Positions 25,826 to 39,447 of a stretch of 64,000 nt of DNA are shown one piece after another. The stretch's first letter is position 1. The number at the start of each line of letters is the position of its first letter. Below the pieces are notes generated by a model. The model was not told where the DNA came from. It ran no database searches and was given only the letters and a program-made list of their open reading frames with translations. The stretch lies in the NCBI GenBank assembly GCA_951406725.2, contig OX597814.1, forward strand, positions 189,596,001 through 189,660,000, written 5' to 3'. The stretch is from Octopus vulgaris. Its lineage: Eukaryota. The translations under genes were made by a program, and so were the position numbers.

Positions 25826-26685
25826 CAACAATTGAGGGTAAAATTAATTAATTATTAATCAATTTTACCAAGTATTCAGTATGTAAAGGGACCATTTAAG
25901 GCGAATTCAAATTATTACATTATATAAAAGGGCTTAGTAAAATAAATTACTTTGCCACATACTGAACTCATTAGAAATAGCAGCTAAAAAAAAAAAAAAG
26001 TTGACTTGAGCAAACACTATATGAGAGAGATTTTCTTTAAGTATTAGAAATAGTTTTAAAAAATTTTTTAGCTGCTATTTCTAATGAGTTCAGTATGTGG
26101 CAAAGTAATTTATTTTACTAAGCCCTTTTATATAATGTAATAATTTGAATTCGCCTTAAATGGTCCCTTTACATACTGAATACTTGGTAAAATTGATTAA
26201 TAATTAATTAATTTTACCCTCAATTGTTGAAATTATAATTCATTTCTCTCTATTTAATGCTTCGGTTTTTACCGATAAAACATAGTGTTTATCAATTTTA
26301 ACCCACGCTGGTGGAAAGGGGAGAGCAGAAATTCTTCGGTTGCATATTTTGAATTTGATAGCACTGGTGGTTCGAGCAAATCTTCAGAAGTGATAAGAAG
26401 CCAAAAGGGTTTGCTCCCACTTTCAGTGTTCCCAAATCCAAATCAAGGAGTTCTGAGCTGACGAAAGAAATGTCGATTTGACTAATCTAGAAACGTACGT
26501 TCTCAAATAACCTTTGCATTTGTGATTTTTTTTAATGTTTTCACCCCCATACCTTCGTGAGTTGACTTGAGCAAACACTATATGAGAGAGATTTTCTTTA
26601 AGTATTAGAAATAGTTTTAAAAAATTTTTTAGCTGCTATTTCTAATGAGTTCAGTATGTGGCAAAGTAATTTATTTTACTAAGCC

Positions 26686-26695
<10 letters not shown>
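25818..26695 (+). mobile_element. Penelope/retrozyme-like element: 174-bp inverted segment followed by about 1.24 copies of a 561-bp monomer with a hammerhead ribozyme, in (TA)n
   Basis: IR 25818-25991 vs 26064-26237; direct repeat 25999-26134 vs 26560-26695; HHR at 26454-26505. Confidence 0.75.
26454..26505 (+). ncRNA. Type I minimal hammerhead ribozyme candidate
   Basis: TGAG-CTGACGA-A-AGA..GTC..GAC..TCT-A-GAAA-CGTACG-TT-CTCA: stem I TGAG/CTCA, palindromic stem III ACGTACGT, GUU triplet. Confidence 0.65.
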
Positions 26696-26771
<76 letters not shown>

Positions 26772-27127
26772 TATATATATATACATATATGTATATATAT
26801 AAGCTAGTACTTAAAATCAAAGTTTAGGTAAGAGATTTTAAGTTGTAGTATCGGAACATTATTGTGGGTATCTCCCTTGTAGCGTGCCTGTAGAACACGT
26901 TCTCCGCTTGCGGCTACCATACGCCATCTAGGGTAGTGTACTTTCGTTGCTGGGTGTACGTAAGAAATTATTCAGTGCACGTTGAGTGTATTTTAAATGA
27001 TTAATGCGGAAGTCAGAGTTTACTGGAAGATTTATTTAGGACAACGGTTGTTGTAAGCCGAAATGATTGTTGTCCTAGATAAAGGTTCCAGTACAATTTC
27101 TTTAGAACATATATATATATATATGGT

Positions 27128-27327
27128 AAAATAAATGCTCCCTTTTAAAGCCTAGCCAGGCTCATGGGCCCGGTTTCGTGGTTTCAATGGCGTATGTGTT
27201 CCCCGCACTGGAGCAACATGAAATGAAGTGTTTTGCTCAAGAACACAACGCGTCGCCCGGTCCAGGAATCGAAACCACAATCTTACGAGCATGATGCTGA
27301 CACCCTAACCACTAAGCCACGCGCCTC
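27128..27327 (-). mobile_element. tRNA-derived SINE family E, internally deleted
   Basis: GAGGCGCGTGGCTTAGTGGTTAGGG head, GAGCCTGGCTAGGCTTTAAAAGGG tail; matches 45617-45864. Confidence 0.85.
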
Positions 27328-27331
27328 AACT

Positions 27332-27545
<214 letters not shown>

Positions 27546-28320
27546 ATGCATGAATGTATTGACTCCAGTTTATAATTGATGTTTATTTTACTGATCCTTA
27601 ATAGCATTTGTTGCATAATACATCTCTACAATATTCTTGAACGTGATCAATCAAATATTTGAAACTATGGAATGAGCAGAAAGCAATGCATATATTTCAT
27701 TTTGTTTGCGTTCAATGTGTAATTTTAGGATGTTATTTTCAATATATGTTTGTTCAGGTCTTCTCTTTTTTCTTATAGTAGCAATGCAGATTGCATTATT
27801 TGAGCTTATTATAGCGATATAAGTTGTAGTGTGACCATTGTTGGTACCTGTGACGATGCTCCTAGTTACACTGTATATTGTTTTACAGTTAGATTTGTGG
27901 CTTATATGAGAATTATTATATTTACCATTTCTTCTGTTTTTCTATGATTTCTTTCCTTGTTTAGTTGTTTGATTCTAAGATTTATTTCAGTTTTGAGTGT
28001 TTTCAGTATATTGTGTTAGAGATTGACTTCGGCATTTATGATGTTGACTCTATCTGGCGAGTAAATACGTTTGTGTTTTCATGTTGCCATGTTTTGATGC
28101 TTCCATAATTGTTGCATTGAATACGTGAATGTATGCGCTGCAGTGTCTACACTGATGACAAAGATGTTGAATGCTGAAAAGTCTTATTTCTATTTCATGA
28201 AGAAACTAGTCCCACTGTGCTTTTTTTCTTTCTTTTCGTGTATAAAAGTGTTTTTGCCTTCTTTATTTGATGTGTAAGTGTATTATGATAATTCATAGGT
28301 GATCTGAAGAAATCTTTGCC

Positions 28321-28711
28321 ATAGGAGTGGCTGTCTTGTAAGTAGCTTGCTTACCAGCCACATGGTTCCAGGTTCATTCTCACCGCGTGGCACCTTAGGC
28401 AAGTGTCTTCTACTATAGCCTCGGGCCGACCACAGCCTTGTGAGTGGATTTGGTAAGCGTAAAATGAAAGAAGCCCGTCGTGTATATGAATATATATATA
28501 TATATATGTGTGTATGTGTTTGTGCGTCTGTGTTTGTCCCGATGCTGGTGTGTTTACGTCCCTGTAACTTAGGAGTTCGGCAGAAGAGATCGATAGGAAA
28601 AGTACTAGTCTTATAAAGAATAAAACCTGGGATCGATTTGCTCGATTAAAGGCGTTGCTCCAGCATGGCCACAGTCACATGACTGAAACAAGTAAAAGAG
28701 TAAAAGAGTAA
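28321..28711 (+). mobile_element. SINE family A
   Basis: Collinear with A consensus, (AGTAAAAG)n tail. Confidence 0.9.
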
Positions 28712-28914
28712 ATGTTTGTGATAACAACTAGGTGTGAAGCGTAGATTGTGACATTTTGGAAAATGTTGACAATGGGTTGCTGAGGTACATGTTTTGAAAT
28801 GGATTCTTTAGGATGAAGTCAGTTACGATGTTATTGTATTACATTTTTTGTCTTTTTGTACCATTTGAAAAACACAATATTTTTGGGTGCAATCAATTCG
28901 ATTCCAATGATGTG

Positions 28915-29168
28915 TATGTGCGGATTTGAACTCAGAGCGTAAAGCGAAGGAACAACTACTGCTACAAATTTTTTCTGACGCTCTTAACGGTTTCTGATTT
29001 AGACACAAGGGCAGCACTTTTGACTGATATTTTATTTTATCGAAGCCAAAAACAAATACGATCTGCAAAGTTGATCTCAGCAGGGTTTCGTCTCAGAACG
29101 TAAAGAGGTGGAACAAAAATTGCAAAGCGTTTTTCCGACGCTCTAATGATTCTATTAGCCGACCACCT
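28915..29168 (-). mobile_element. Two degenerate SINE B fragments
   Basis: GATTTGAACTCAGAGCGTAAAG and GCAAAGTTGATCTCAGCAGG..TCAGAACGTAAAG. Confidence 0.55.
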
Positions 29169-29856
29169 AAGAATTAAACTTCAAGCGTTTCAGCCCTTGT
29201 GATTTAAGGATTATTTCGATACCATTTTTTTTGTTGGTCGAGCGATTTAAATTAGAGAGTCTCTCATTGGTATGTTGATGCAAAGTGTGGTTGATGTTAT
29301 TGCAGTTCTAACGACCAGCGTTGTTGTCCTTGACATTGTTATTGCTGTGTTGGTGGCGGTTGTCGTTATCGTATCGCGAGGTGCTTTATAAATTATCCGA
29401 AACACAAACATATTCCCCTGAAAAATTCATGAACACAACGGCATACAAACATATATACATATACACATATATACAAACGCCCAGGTACATATACACACAT
29501 AAAGATTTTTTATAGGAATTCCAGATACAAGCACTTAATATTTAGATGTATCTCATCCCTTTATCTTTCGCTCTCTCTCACTTTATCTCTCTCTTTCTCT
29601 TTCTTTTTCTCAATTTCTCTCCCTTTCTTTTTCTTTCTCTTTCTACATTTATATATATATATACATACATATATACATATGTGTGTGCCTGTGTATGCAT
29701 CTGCCTGTCTGTGTGTCTGAGTGTACGTATTCCTATGTAACACTAAATGTGTATCTGCGTCGTTTGTGTTTTCAAATATTACCATAAGCCTATGTACACG
29801 CACATACTCACATCCACATATGCATACATACCACACACACTCATATATATCTAAAT

Positions 29857-29951
<95 letters not shown>

Positions 29952-30395
29952 CATGGATGCATACAGACATATATAGTTCAACAGGTCTGCATAAAATATC
30001 TACTAATTTTTATCTTCAACATTCGCAAGACCACTGCTGACACTAACAATAACTATAAGAAATATAAGCGAAATCTCTCTTCTACATACATACTGAAATA
30101 CACTTTTATTTGTCATAGCTACCCATGGAATAATAATATGATATGGAAACCATCCACCGATTTGGGTTTGAAAGAGAAGAGACACGGCTCTGCTAAGGTT
30201 GAGTTGGTAGGTGGTAGTTTGTAGACGGGCAATTAAAGGTTTTGCTAATCTCGTTGATGTTGGCCATGTTGATGTTAGATAAATTCAATTGATCCCTGTT
30301 CTAAGTTCAAATGCTACGTAAATTACTTTGGCAGTGAATCGCATCATCAATGATACATACGAGAGGAATTAATATACCAGTAATCCACAGGCAGT

Positions 30396-30429
<34 letters not shown>

Positions 30430-30557
30430 GTGCTACGGGCTTGAGGTGACACACACACACACACACATATATATATATTGCATTTCAAAATGTAACCACA
30501 TGTGAATCGTTGGCGATTTTGTTTTCTCCGTCTTCCTTTTCTATTGGAATTTCCCCT

Positions 30558-30592
30558 GTTTCTGAAGAAGAGCTTTGCTCGAAACGTTAAAC
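30558..30592 (+). ncRNA. Minimal hammerhead ribozyme candidate (element about 30498-30612; family with 50370-50580 and 61522-61725)
   Basis: GTTT-CTGAAGA-A-GAGC-TTT-GCTC-GAAA-CG-TT-AAAC: stem I GTTT/AAAC, stem II GAGC/GCTC, ACGT palindrome. Confidence 0.65.
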
Positions 30593-32202
30593 CATTTTTC
30601 TTTCCCTTCCAAATTTTGACTGACTCCTTTTTATCAATATACTATATCTGTACACCACTTCAAACATTTTATACATACATACATACATACATAGATACAT
30701 ACACACAAGCACACACACACATATTTATATATATATATATATAAAACACTTTCTACTCTATACCGTTTTTGCCTGTCTCTCTCTCTCTCTCTCGTTACTC
30801 ACACGTGACCATCGTCCATCTTTCTTTTCCTACACGGACATTAAAAAAAGCGTACGTTTTTTCTCCCCCTTCTATCTTTTCCCGTTTAAAAAGATATTTC
30901 TCTCAGCGTTCCCTATTTTACCCTCGTTCTGGTCTAGCGTCCCTCCATGTTTCTTTTCTTTCGGTTTCCTTGTAGGTTTACACTGTCATGATTTTGTTCC
31001 CAACTTTGACCCTCCATAGATCCTACATTTTGTTTTGAAATTTTCGGAGCGACTGTCTTTGAAGACTCATATTGTCGTTGAATGCTGGAGATGAGTAGAC
31101 GGACGGCCGACAACCGATGAAGGGTTTACTAAACCGAGGCTTTAGTAGAAGAGACTTGCCTAAAGTATCACGCAATGGAACTGAAACTGGAACCATAGTG
31201 TTGGGAAGCAAATTTCTTAGCATAGAACCAGGAAAGTTAGTGCCTATGATCCTTCGCGAGATGTCTTAGACTAAGGGAAGGGGAATCAGTATCCCGAGAC
31301 TAAAGACCTAGCTCGGATTCTTGCAACGGTGTGGAATGAAGGCGGCCAAGAGTGAAGGTCTAACAGATGGTTGGATACCATTTGGTGGCATCAGGATAAA
31401 CAAGAGAATGAACGATTGTAAAATGCATGAATTGAACGATTGTAAACACCTGTAGTGAAATTCAGCTCACCCGTGTTATTGCTTATATTTCACCACACTC
31501 GGAATCTTCCCTGCGTTGGATCATGAGCCTAGAGTGAACCGTGGAGTTCGTCCCGGGATGTACTCCTGTGTGACTTTTTGGATACGTTGTGTATCTGGTC
31601 AGTACTTGTGAATGTATTTATAACAGGAATTTTTTTTACCTACGTAATTGCCTCCATGTCTGTTCCACCTGATTTTTCATATATCCATTCTTTACTCTGA
31701 TGAATTGATCCTCTGTAATGACATCGGAATCTAGGTTTGAATTATTTGAGCACTATTAAGTGTTTTCTATACTGAGAATATCTAGATCCCGATTGTTGAC
31801 TATATATGTGTTTGTGTGTGTGTGTGTGTATGTATCTAAGCGTGTAAATAGGCAGTTAATATTGGCATGTAATGACTCATGTAGTCGTTACTCTGAGTTT
31901 CATAGATAAAGTATATTGTCTAGTCGATAACATATACACCCTGACTCATGACTAGACACTGATTGATTAGTCAAGTGCTTTCGTACCAACTGATTATTGA
32001 CATACGTACATGTATACACACACACACACACACAGACACATGCACATACACACACACAGACACACAGACACACATACACATGAACACTCTTCATAACGTT
32101 TTTATTTTGGAGCTATTTTATTCACTTTCCACTCGTACTCGCATCCACCCACATTCGAGCATAAACATCATGAATATATGTATATATATATATATATATA
32201 TA

Positions 32203-32539
32203 AAGACCCCCTTCGGTCATGAATGACCATGGGATTGCACCTAGAAAGTTACCCTCCTAGACACAAGTCTGGGCAAGGTTGTTTATGGAAGACCAGCAGT
32301 CGCCCATGCATACCAGTCTCCCCTCTCCACACCACCAGTGTTATCCAAGGGAAAGACAAAGGTCGATACAGCTTGGCACCAGTGACGTCGCAACTCATTT
32401 CTACAGCTGAGTGAACTGGAGCAACGTGAAATAAAGTGCCTTGCTCAAGAACACAACACGCAGCCCGGTCCGGGATTCGAGCTCACAACCTCACGATCGT
32501 AAGCTCGACGCTCTAACCACTGAGCCATGCGCCTTCACA
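32203..32539 (-). mobile_element. SINE family C, full length, in (TA)n
   Basis: Highly similar to 12466-12803. Confidence 0.9.
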
Positions 32540-32731
32540 TATATATATGTGGTTCGAAACAGATTTTGTACTTTAAGAGGTTTATTTTCCAAATAACATT
32601 ACTAACGAAGTTTAATTAATTTATTAATTAACTAATCAATTAGCTAGTTATACTTCAAACGGTGAATGTTTGTTTTACTATTTAATTATCTTCCCCGAGT
32701 ACACATATGCGTGTGCGAGTATGCACACACA

Positions 32732-32793
<62 letters not shown>

Positions 32794-33061
32794 AAGGGGT
32801 TTGTATGATTGTGTATAGAGGGATATATATTATTCAAAGGAATTTCAGCTCTGTCTGTTTTTTATGTTTTATTTATATTCTTTATAATATTAATGTAGAA
32901 TATAGAATATATAGTGTAAAAATTATATATAGTATAATGAAATGAAGTATTGATTGTCTTATTGAATAGATAAAATATTGAATATCAAATATTAAGGGAC
33001 TAGTATACTTTCTTGCATTTAAGCAGGAATGTTTCAACTGGAGATGGAAATAGCAGAGAAG

Positions 33062-33340
33062 TAAATCTAAGACATTTCAATTTAATTGGGGATTTAATAA
33101 AGATTATTCTTTAAAAAATTATTTAAAGAAAATATTACAGGTTTTGATGAATCTCATCTTATGAAATATCAGTAAAATAATTAATAAAAGATTTGAAGGA
33201 AAAACGGTTTATCTGTGGGTATGTTCTTGACCCCTAGACAGAAGATAAAGAGATTCATCAAAACCGGTAATATTTTCATTATATAATTTTTAAAATCATT
33301 TTTATTAAATTCTCTCTTAAATTGAAATGTCTTGGACTTA
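33062..33340. repeat. About 98-bp imperfect inverted repeat
   Basis: AAGACATTTCAATTTAA..GGTTTTGATGAATCTC (33062-33160) vs GAGATTCATCAAAACC..TTAAATTGAAATGTCTT (33243-33340). Confidence 0.8.
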
Positions 33341-33478
33341 AAAAAATTTGATTACTATAGATCACTTATCTGTTTTCAACCTATATATAAATACTTATAT
33401 ATATATATATATATATACATAGATACACACACACAGACACACACACACTCACATATATATATATATATATAGATAGAT

Positions 33479-33688
<210 letters not shown>

Positions 33689-33694
33689 AGATAG

Positions 33695-33767
<73 letters not shown>

Positions 33768-34198
33768 TGCATATATAAATATATACATATGTAGAGAACC
33801 ACTCTACATAAAGAGCAAATCCGTTTCTCGCAATACAGGCCAATTCCTCTCAGTAAACATATAGAAAAATGTGCAGATAACATCAAACCAAATTTCACAG
33901 TCTTCCCTTTCTACCAGTGCAAAGACGCAATCTCTCAACTAGAACATTTAAATAAAGAAACTTTTCTCATTGAAAAATACAGAACACGTCTTAATATGCA
34001 CGCATAACCAACTTTTATCTTTTTACATATTTCAATTCACGATTACATCACTGTACATAAATCCCCTCACTAAACAAGGGGTTCGAAACTTGTCTTTGTC
34101 TGTACATATATATTCCCCTCCCGTTACCGAAAGCTGAACAGTTATCTCCCTTACCCACAACAATAACAATAATAACGATAACCAATAAAGAGGGTAGA

Positions 34199-34257
34199 TA
34201 AGAACATTAAGGTGTTAGAATTTATCTCAGATAAATTCTAACACCTTAATGTTCTTA
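34199..34257. repeat. Perfect palindrome, 29-bp arms, 1-nt spacer
   Basis: TAAGAACATTAAGGTGTTAGAATTTATCT-C-AGATAAATTCTAACACCTTAATGTTCTTA. Confidence 0.9.
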
Positions 34258-34478
34258 GCATTCAGATCAACATCTCTGTCCTGTCTGTATATCTACCTTC
34301 TTTATAATGTTACCAATTAACGTGGCAATAAGTATATGTATTGATGGAAAACCTCTATGAATGGCTGATAATTGTTCAACATTTTAAAACTGATGCAATA
34401 CTTACAATGTTTAATAAAATGATGCAGCGTGAAACGATCGTACCAAATTACCGAAGATATTCTTGTTGCTTATTTTGA

Positions 34479-34519
<41 letters not shown>

Positions 34520-34606
34520 AAAGACTTCTCAGCTAAGAAAGGGCTGATGGTTTTTGTACGGATATTGTCTAAAAAAACGTTTTATATATTTGCTTGTAAT
34601 AAACAT

Positions 34607-35027
34607 AGGCGCAGGAGTGGCTGCATGATAAGTAGCTTCTTTACCGACCACATGGTTGTGGGTTCAGTCCAACTGCGTGACACCTTGGGCAAGTGTCTTC
34701 TACTATAGCCTCGGGCCGACCAAAGCCTTGTGAGTGGATTTGGTAGACGGAAACTGAAAGAAGCCTGTCGTATATATATATATATATATATATATGCGTG
34801 TGTGTTTGTGTGTCTGTGTTTGTCCTCCTAGCATTGCTTGACAACCGATGCTGGTGTGTTTATGTCCCCGTTACTTAACGGTTCGGCAAAAGAGACCGAT
34901 AGAATAAGTACTGGGCTTACAAAAGAATAAGTCCCGGGGTCGAGTTGCTCGATTAAAGGCGGTGCTCCAGTCCAGCATGGCCGCAGTCAAATGACTGAAA
35001 CAAGTAAAAGAGTAAAGAGTAAGAGTA
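34607..35027 (+). mobile_element. SINE family A flanked by an 88-bp direct repeat
   Basis: AGGCGCAGGAGTGGCTG head to AAGAGTAAAGAGTAAGAG tail; flanks 34517-34604 and 35040-35127. Confidence 0.9.
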
Positions 35028-35688
35028 ATATATATATATACAAAAGACTTCTCAGCTAAGAAAGTGCTGATGGTTTTTGTACGGATATTGTCCAAAAAAC
35101 CGTTTTATATATTTGCTTGTAATAAACTCTGTATTCATATATCGAGCATTCTACAATATATATCAATTTTACTTCTCCACAAGCACACATACAAATGTAG
35201 AGACGTTCACATACACAGACGTTCTTCACCACCTCATATACACATACGTGTATGTGTGAGGGAGAGAAAAAGAGACTGGAGTTGTGTGCGTATTTGTGTG
35301 TGAATGCCGACAAGTATAAATAAATGTATACACTCATACATACATATCTATAATAATACTAGCGTCTGGAAAAAAAGTTTTCCCGGCTAAACCAATTCAA
35401 TGGATCAAATCCTACTTTAGCTACACCTTAATCCTTTGGAGGTCAACAAATGTAGTATTAATGATAATGAGATTGCGACGATCGATTACAGGGCTTTATT
35501 AATCAGTGGAGCTATGCACTAGTCTTACAGGGTGACTTTGGCACTGTTCACAGCTATTTCAGGCAACAGTTAAAACTAAATACTACGTTGCAGAACGTTC
35601 TAAAAGCATCTTGCAATAAGAGACTTGCTAAATAGGAATATACAACAAAGAAACTCACATACATAAATACGCGCATACTCGAAACTGC

Positions 35689-35845
35689 AGTGTGGTAAGT
35701 AGCTTGCTTACCAACCGCATGGTTCCGGGTTCAGTCCCACTGCGTGGCATCATGGGCAAGTGTCTTCTACCATAGTTTCGGGTCGACCAAAGCCTTGTGA
35801 GTGGATTAGGTAGACGGAAACTCAAAGAAGCCCGTCGTATATATG

Positions 35846-35886
<41 letters not shown>

Positions 35887-36098
35887 CTGTCTGTCTGTCT
35901 GTGTCTGTGTTTGTCCCCCTAGCATTGCTTGACAACCGATGCTGGTGTGTTTACGTCCCCGTCAGCTAGCAGTTCGGCAAAAAGACCGATAGAATAAGTA
36001 CTGAGCTTACAAAGAATAAGTCCCGGGGTCGACTTGCTCGACTAAAGGCGGTGTTCCAGCATGGCCGCAGTCAAAGGACTGAAACAAGTAAAAGAGAG
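35689..36098 (+). mobile_element. SINE family A
   Basis: Near-consensus, a few 5' bases missing. Confidence 0.9.
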
Positions 36099-36493
36099 AT
36101 AAGAATATACACTAATACTTTGGGGGATGTGTGTGTAAGTGTTTATATTTTATATACCCTGTTTGTAGATGTTTGCACACCTCTATTTTCGAAGATTAGT
36201 CTACGTGTGTTCTTACAAGCAATAAACGAACTTCCAAATAAGGATGCACATATGTATGCATGTACTTATACGTATATGAATGTATGTATGTATGTATGTA
36301 TGTATGTATGTATGTATGTATGTATGTATGTATGTATGTATGTATGCATGAATGAATGTATGTATGTATACACACACATACAAACACACACATATATACG
36401 TATATATATATGTGTGTATTTGTATATATATATACTTACATACGTACGTACGTACATATACGTATATGTAATATGCTTAAACACACACACATA

Positions 36494-36563
<70 letters not shown>

Positions 36564-37047
36564 TGTATTTATATAAGCATCATAGATAAACCAAGCATAT
36601 ATATATATATATGTGTGTGTGCCTGTGTGTGAGTGTGTGTTTTATCTATGATGCTTATATATATGCGTATATATGTGTGTGTGTGTTTGTCAGTGTGTAT
36701 GTGTGTATACACACTTTCACTCACACAAATGTACATGCGCCACATATAATGCAATAATTACTTATGACAAGGACCAACTTCAGTGCGAGAGTGGAGAAGT
36801 TGAGTGGAGCAAGACCATCGTATGTGACAGGTGCTTATTTTATCAATTTCTCTCTAATGGATGATCGCCAAAGGTTGCTCCAGCAGCATTTGAACGAAGA
36901 GTACAGGGTAATGAAGCTAAAAACTAGTGATTAACCAGCCTCTACGACGATGATAATACTAAGGCTGCCTAAACTTAGACTGAAGGTCACACATATAAGG
37001 CTAAGAACAATGTGTTATAGCTTTTATTGGTAGTATTGGTTACTAGT

Positions 37048-37271
37048 CTTTTATTCTTTTACATGTTTCAGTCATTTGACTGAGGCCATGCTGGAGCACC
37101 GCCTTTAGTCGAGCAAATCGACCCCAGGACTTATTCTTTGTAAGCCTAGTACTTATTCTATTTGTCTCTTTTGCCGAACCGCTAAGTTACAGGGACGTGA
37201 ACACACCAGCATCGGTTGTCAAACGATGTTGGAGGGACAAACACAGACATACAAACATATACACACACATA

Positions 37272-37304
<33 letters not shown>

Positions 37305-37467
37305 CGACGGGCTTCTTTCAGTTTCTGTCCATCAAATCCACTCACAAGGCTTTGGTCGGCCCGAGGCTATAGTAGAAGACACTTGCCCAAGGTGCCACTC
37401 AGTGGGACTGAACTCGGAACCATGTGGCTGGTAAGCAAGCTACTTACCACACAGCCACTCCTACGCC
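37048..37467 (-). mobile_element. SINE family A, full length
   Basis: Near-consensus copy. Confidence 0.9.
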
Positions 37468-38289
37468 TGTTGTTTTTCTGCTTTGCTTTGTTGTTTTTTT
37501 AAGCGATCTCGAACGTATAAAAGGCAGCATCGAAATCTGCGGAATTTGTACATCGTGTTAAGGATTTACTTTACCATTAATGTTTTGCTCAGCGATGTTA
37601 CTGGGTTGGTTCTTTATGATTTTTTTCACTTATAACCCCACTCAGTCCTTATTTAGCACAAAAAAACATACCACTAAGTCATTCTAAGAACTAGCAGTAC
37701 CGGTTAGGTTATAGTTCGCTGATGAAGTCTAGTATACTACATACATCGTTCTGATAAAGATCGACACTTTCTCCTACTACATTTCATATATAATGAATTT
37801 TAATTAAGTTAAATTGTTAAGACTTTCTCCCCATTCTTAATTAACCAAGATTAGTCAAGAGTACAATGATATTGTTTCATCTCTTCGATTATAAATTCAA
37901 TGAGTAAAAGTTTTATTTGGATAATTACATTAATTATGATAGTGTCGATTCTATTATGATATATAGTATATCTGGGTATAGAATAGTATAGGCATATATA
38001 GTATTTACTCTGGCTCGTTACTTTCTGAGTTCAAGTCCAACGAAAATCAACTTTCTGTTTCATCTTAGTTCACATCTGTACACATGATAGACTTTCTAAC
38101 ATTGGACCAAAGTATTTTTCGAATTTGTATATTATTAACTTTAGCAACTTTATTCTTACTAGCGAGAATTGTAATGTCGAAAATAATCTGACAAGATAAA
38201 TTCATCAAAAAATATAAATTTATAATTACATCAGAAGAATGCTGTAGGGAACATAGTTTTTGACAAACAAGGTAAAAATCTGTATAATG

Positions 38290-39447
38290 GTTTTTAATTT
38301 ACACACAAGGTCAGAAATTTTTAGAGAAAGCGGTTTGTCGATACTATCAGCTCCTGTGGAAAACTAGGAATATATCTTATCGACCCAAAAGAGATGGAAA
38401 GCAGATGCCGCTAAGCATTTTGTCCGATATTTTAACGATTCTATCAGCTTGCCGCCTTAGAACAATCCAAGTAATCCCTTCTAGTATAGACATAAGGCTT
38501 GAAATTTTGGAGGTAGGGGTGAGTCGATTTCATCGATCCCAGTATTCAATTAGTACTTACTTTTTCCAACTCCGAAAGGATGAAAATCAAAGTTGACATC
38601 GATGGAATTTGAAGTCAGAATGTAAAGACGACGAAATACCGCTAAGCATTCTGTCTGTCCTTTTAATGATTCTGTCAGCTCACTGCCTTAGAGCAATCCA
38701 AATACTTTCTTATTTTGGCACAGGGCCAGCAATTTTGCAGGATGGGGAAATGGATTACGTCAATCCACGTGCTTGACTGGAACACATTTTATCGTCCCTG
38801 AAACAATGAACGTCAAAGTCGACCTCGGCGGAACTTGAGGTTAGAACCTAAAGATGGACGAATGCCGCTAGCATTTTGTCCAGAGTAATAACGACTCTGC
38901 CAGCTCGTCGTTCTGAGCAATGCAAACAATAATAATTGTCCACTCAACCATTTACAAATGTTAGAATCATTTGAAAAAGATTGGTAATGCCGATTTCAAA
39001 TCCCTGGGAAAAAAAGGCCAGCAACATCGGGGTAGGAATAAGACGATTACATCGCCCCCACAACTCAATTTGCAGCTAATTTATCGACCCTGAAAGGATG
39101 AAAAGCAAAATCGACCTCGGCGGAATTTGAACTCAGAATGTAAAGGCAGACAAAATGCTGTTAAAGGGAAATCTGACAAGACAGTCAGTCTCCCGCTGAC
39201 ACTCGTTGACGCTACATCGAAGAGGCCAGGGAACAGAAGAAAGAAGAAGAAATAAGACATGCACCCAACACCAGAGCTGAAGACACCTCCGAAGAGGAGG
39301 TGTAGGGGCCGAAACCGGACGTGGTTCCTCCTGATGATGTCTTCAGCTAACTGGATTCCACAAAGAAGCTGTTGTGGCAGCAGACCACGAAACACGGTTG
39401 GAATTCCTCACCCGGCTTAGGTAACGATTCTGCCAGCTTGCCGCCTT
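38290..39447 (-). mobile_element. Cluster of four old SINE B copies, the last interrupted by an insert of about 245 bp (39165-39408)
   Basis: Recurring ACGATTCTGCCAGCT(T/C)GCCGCCTT-like heads at about 38455, 38690, 38910, 39447. Confidence 0.75.
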
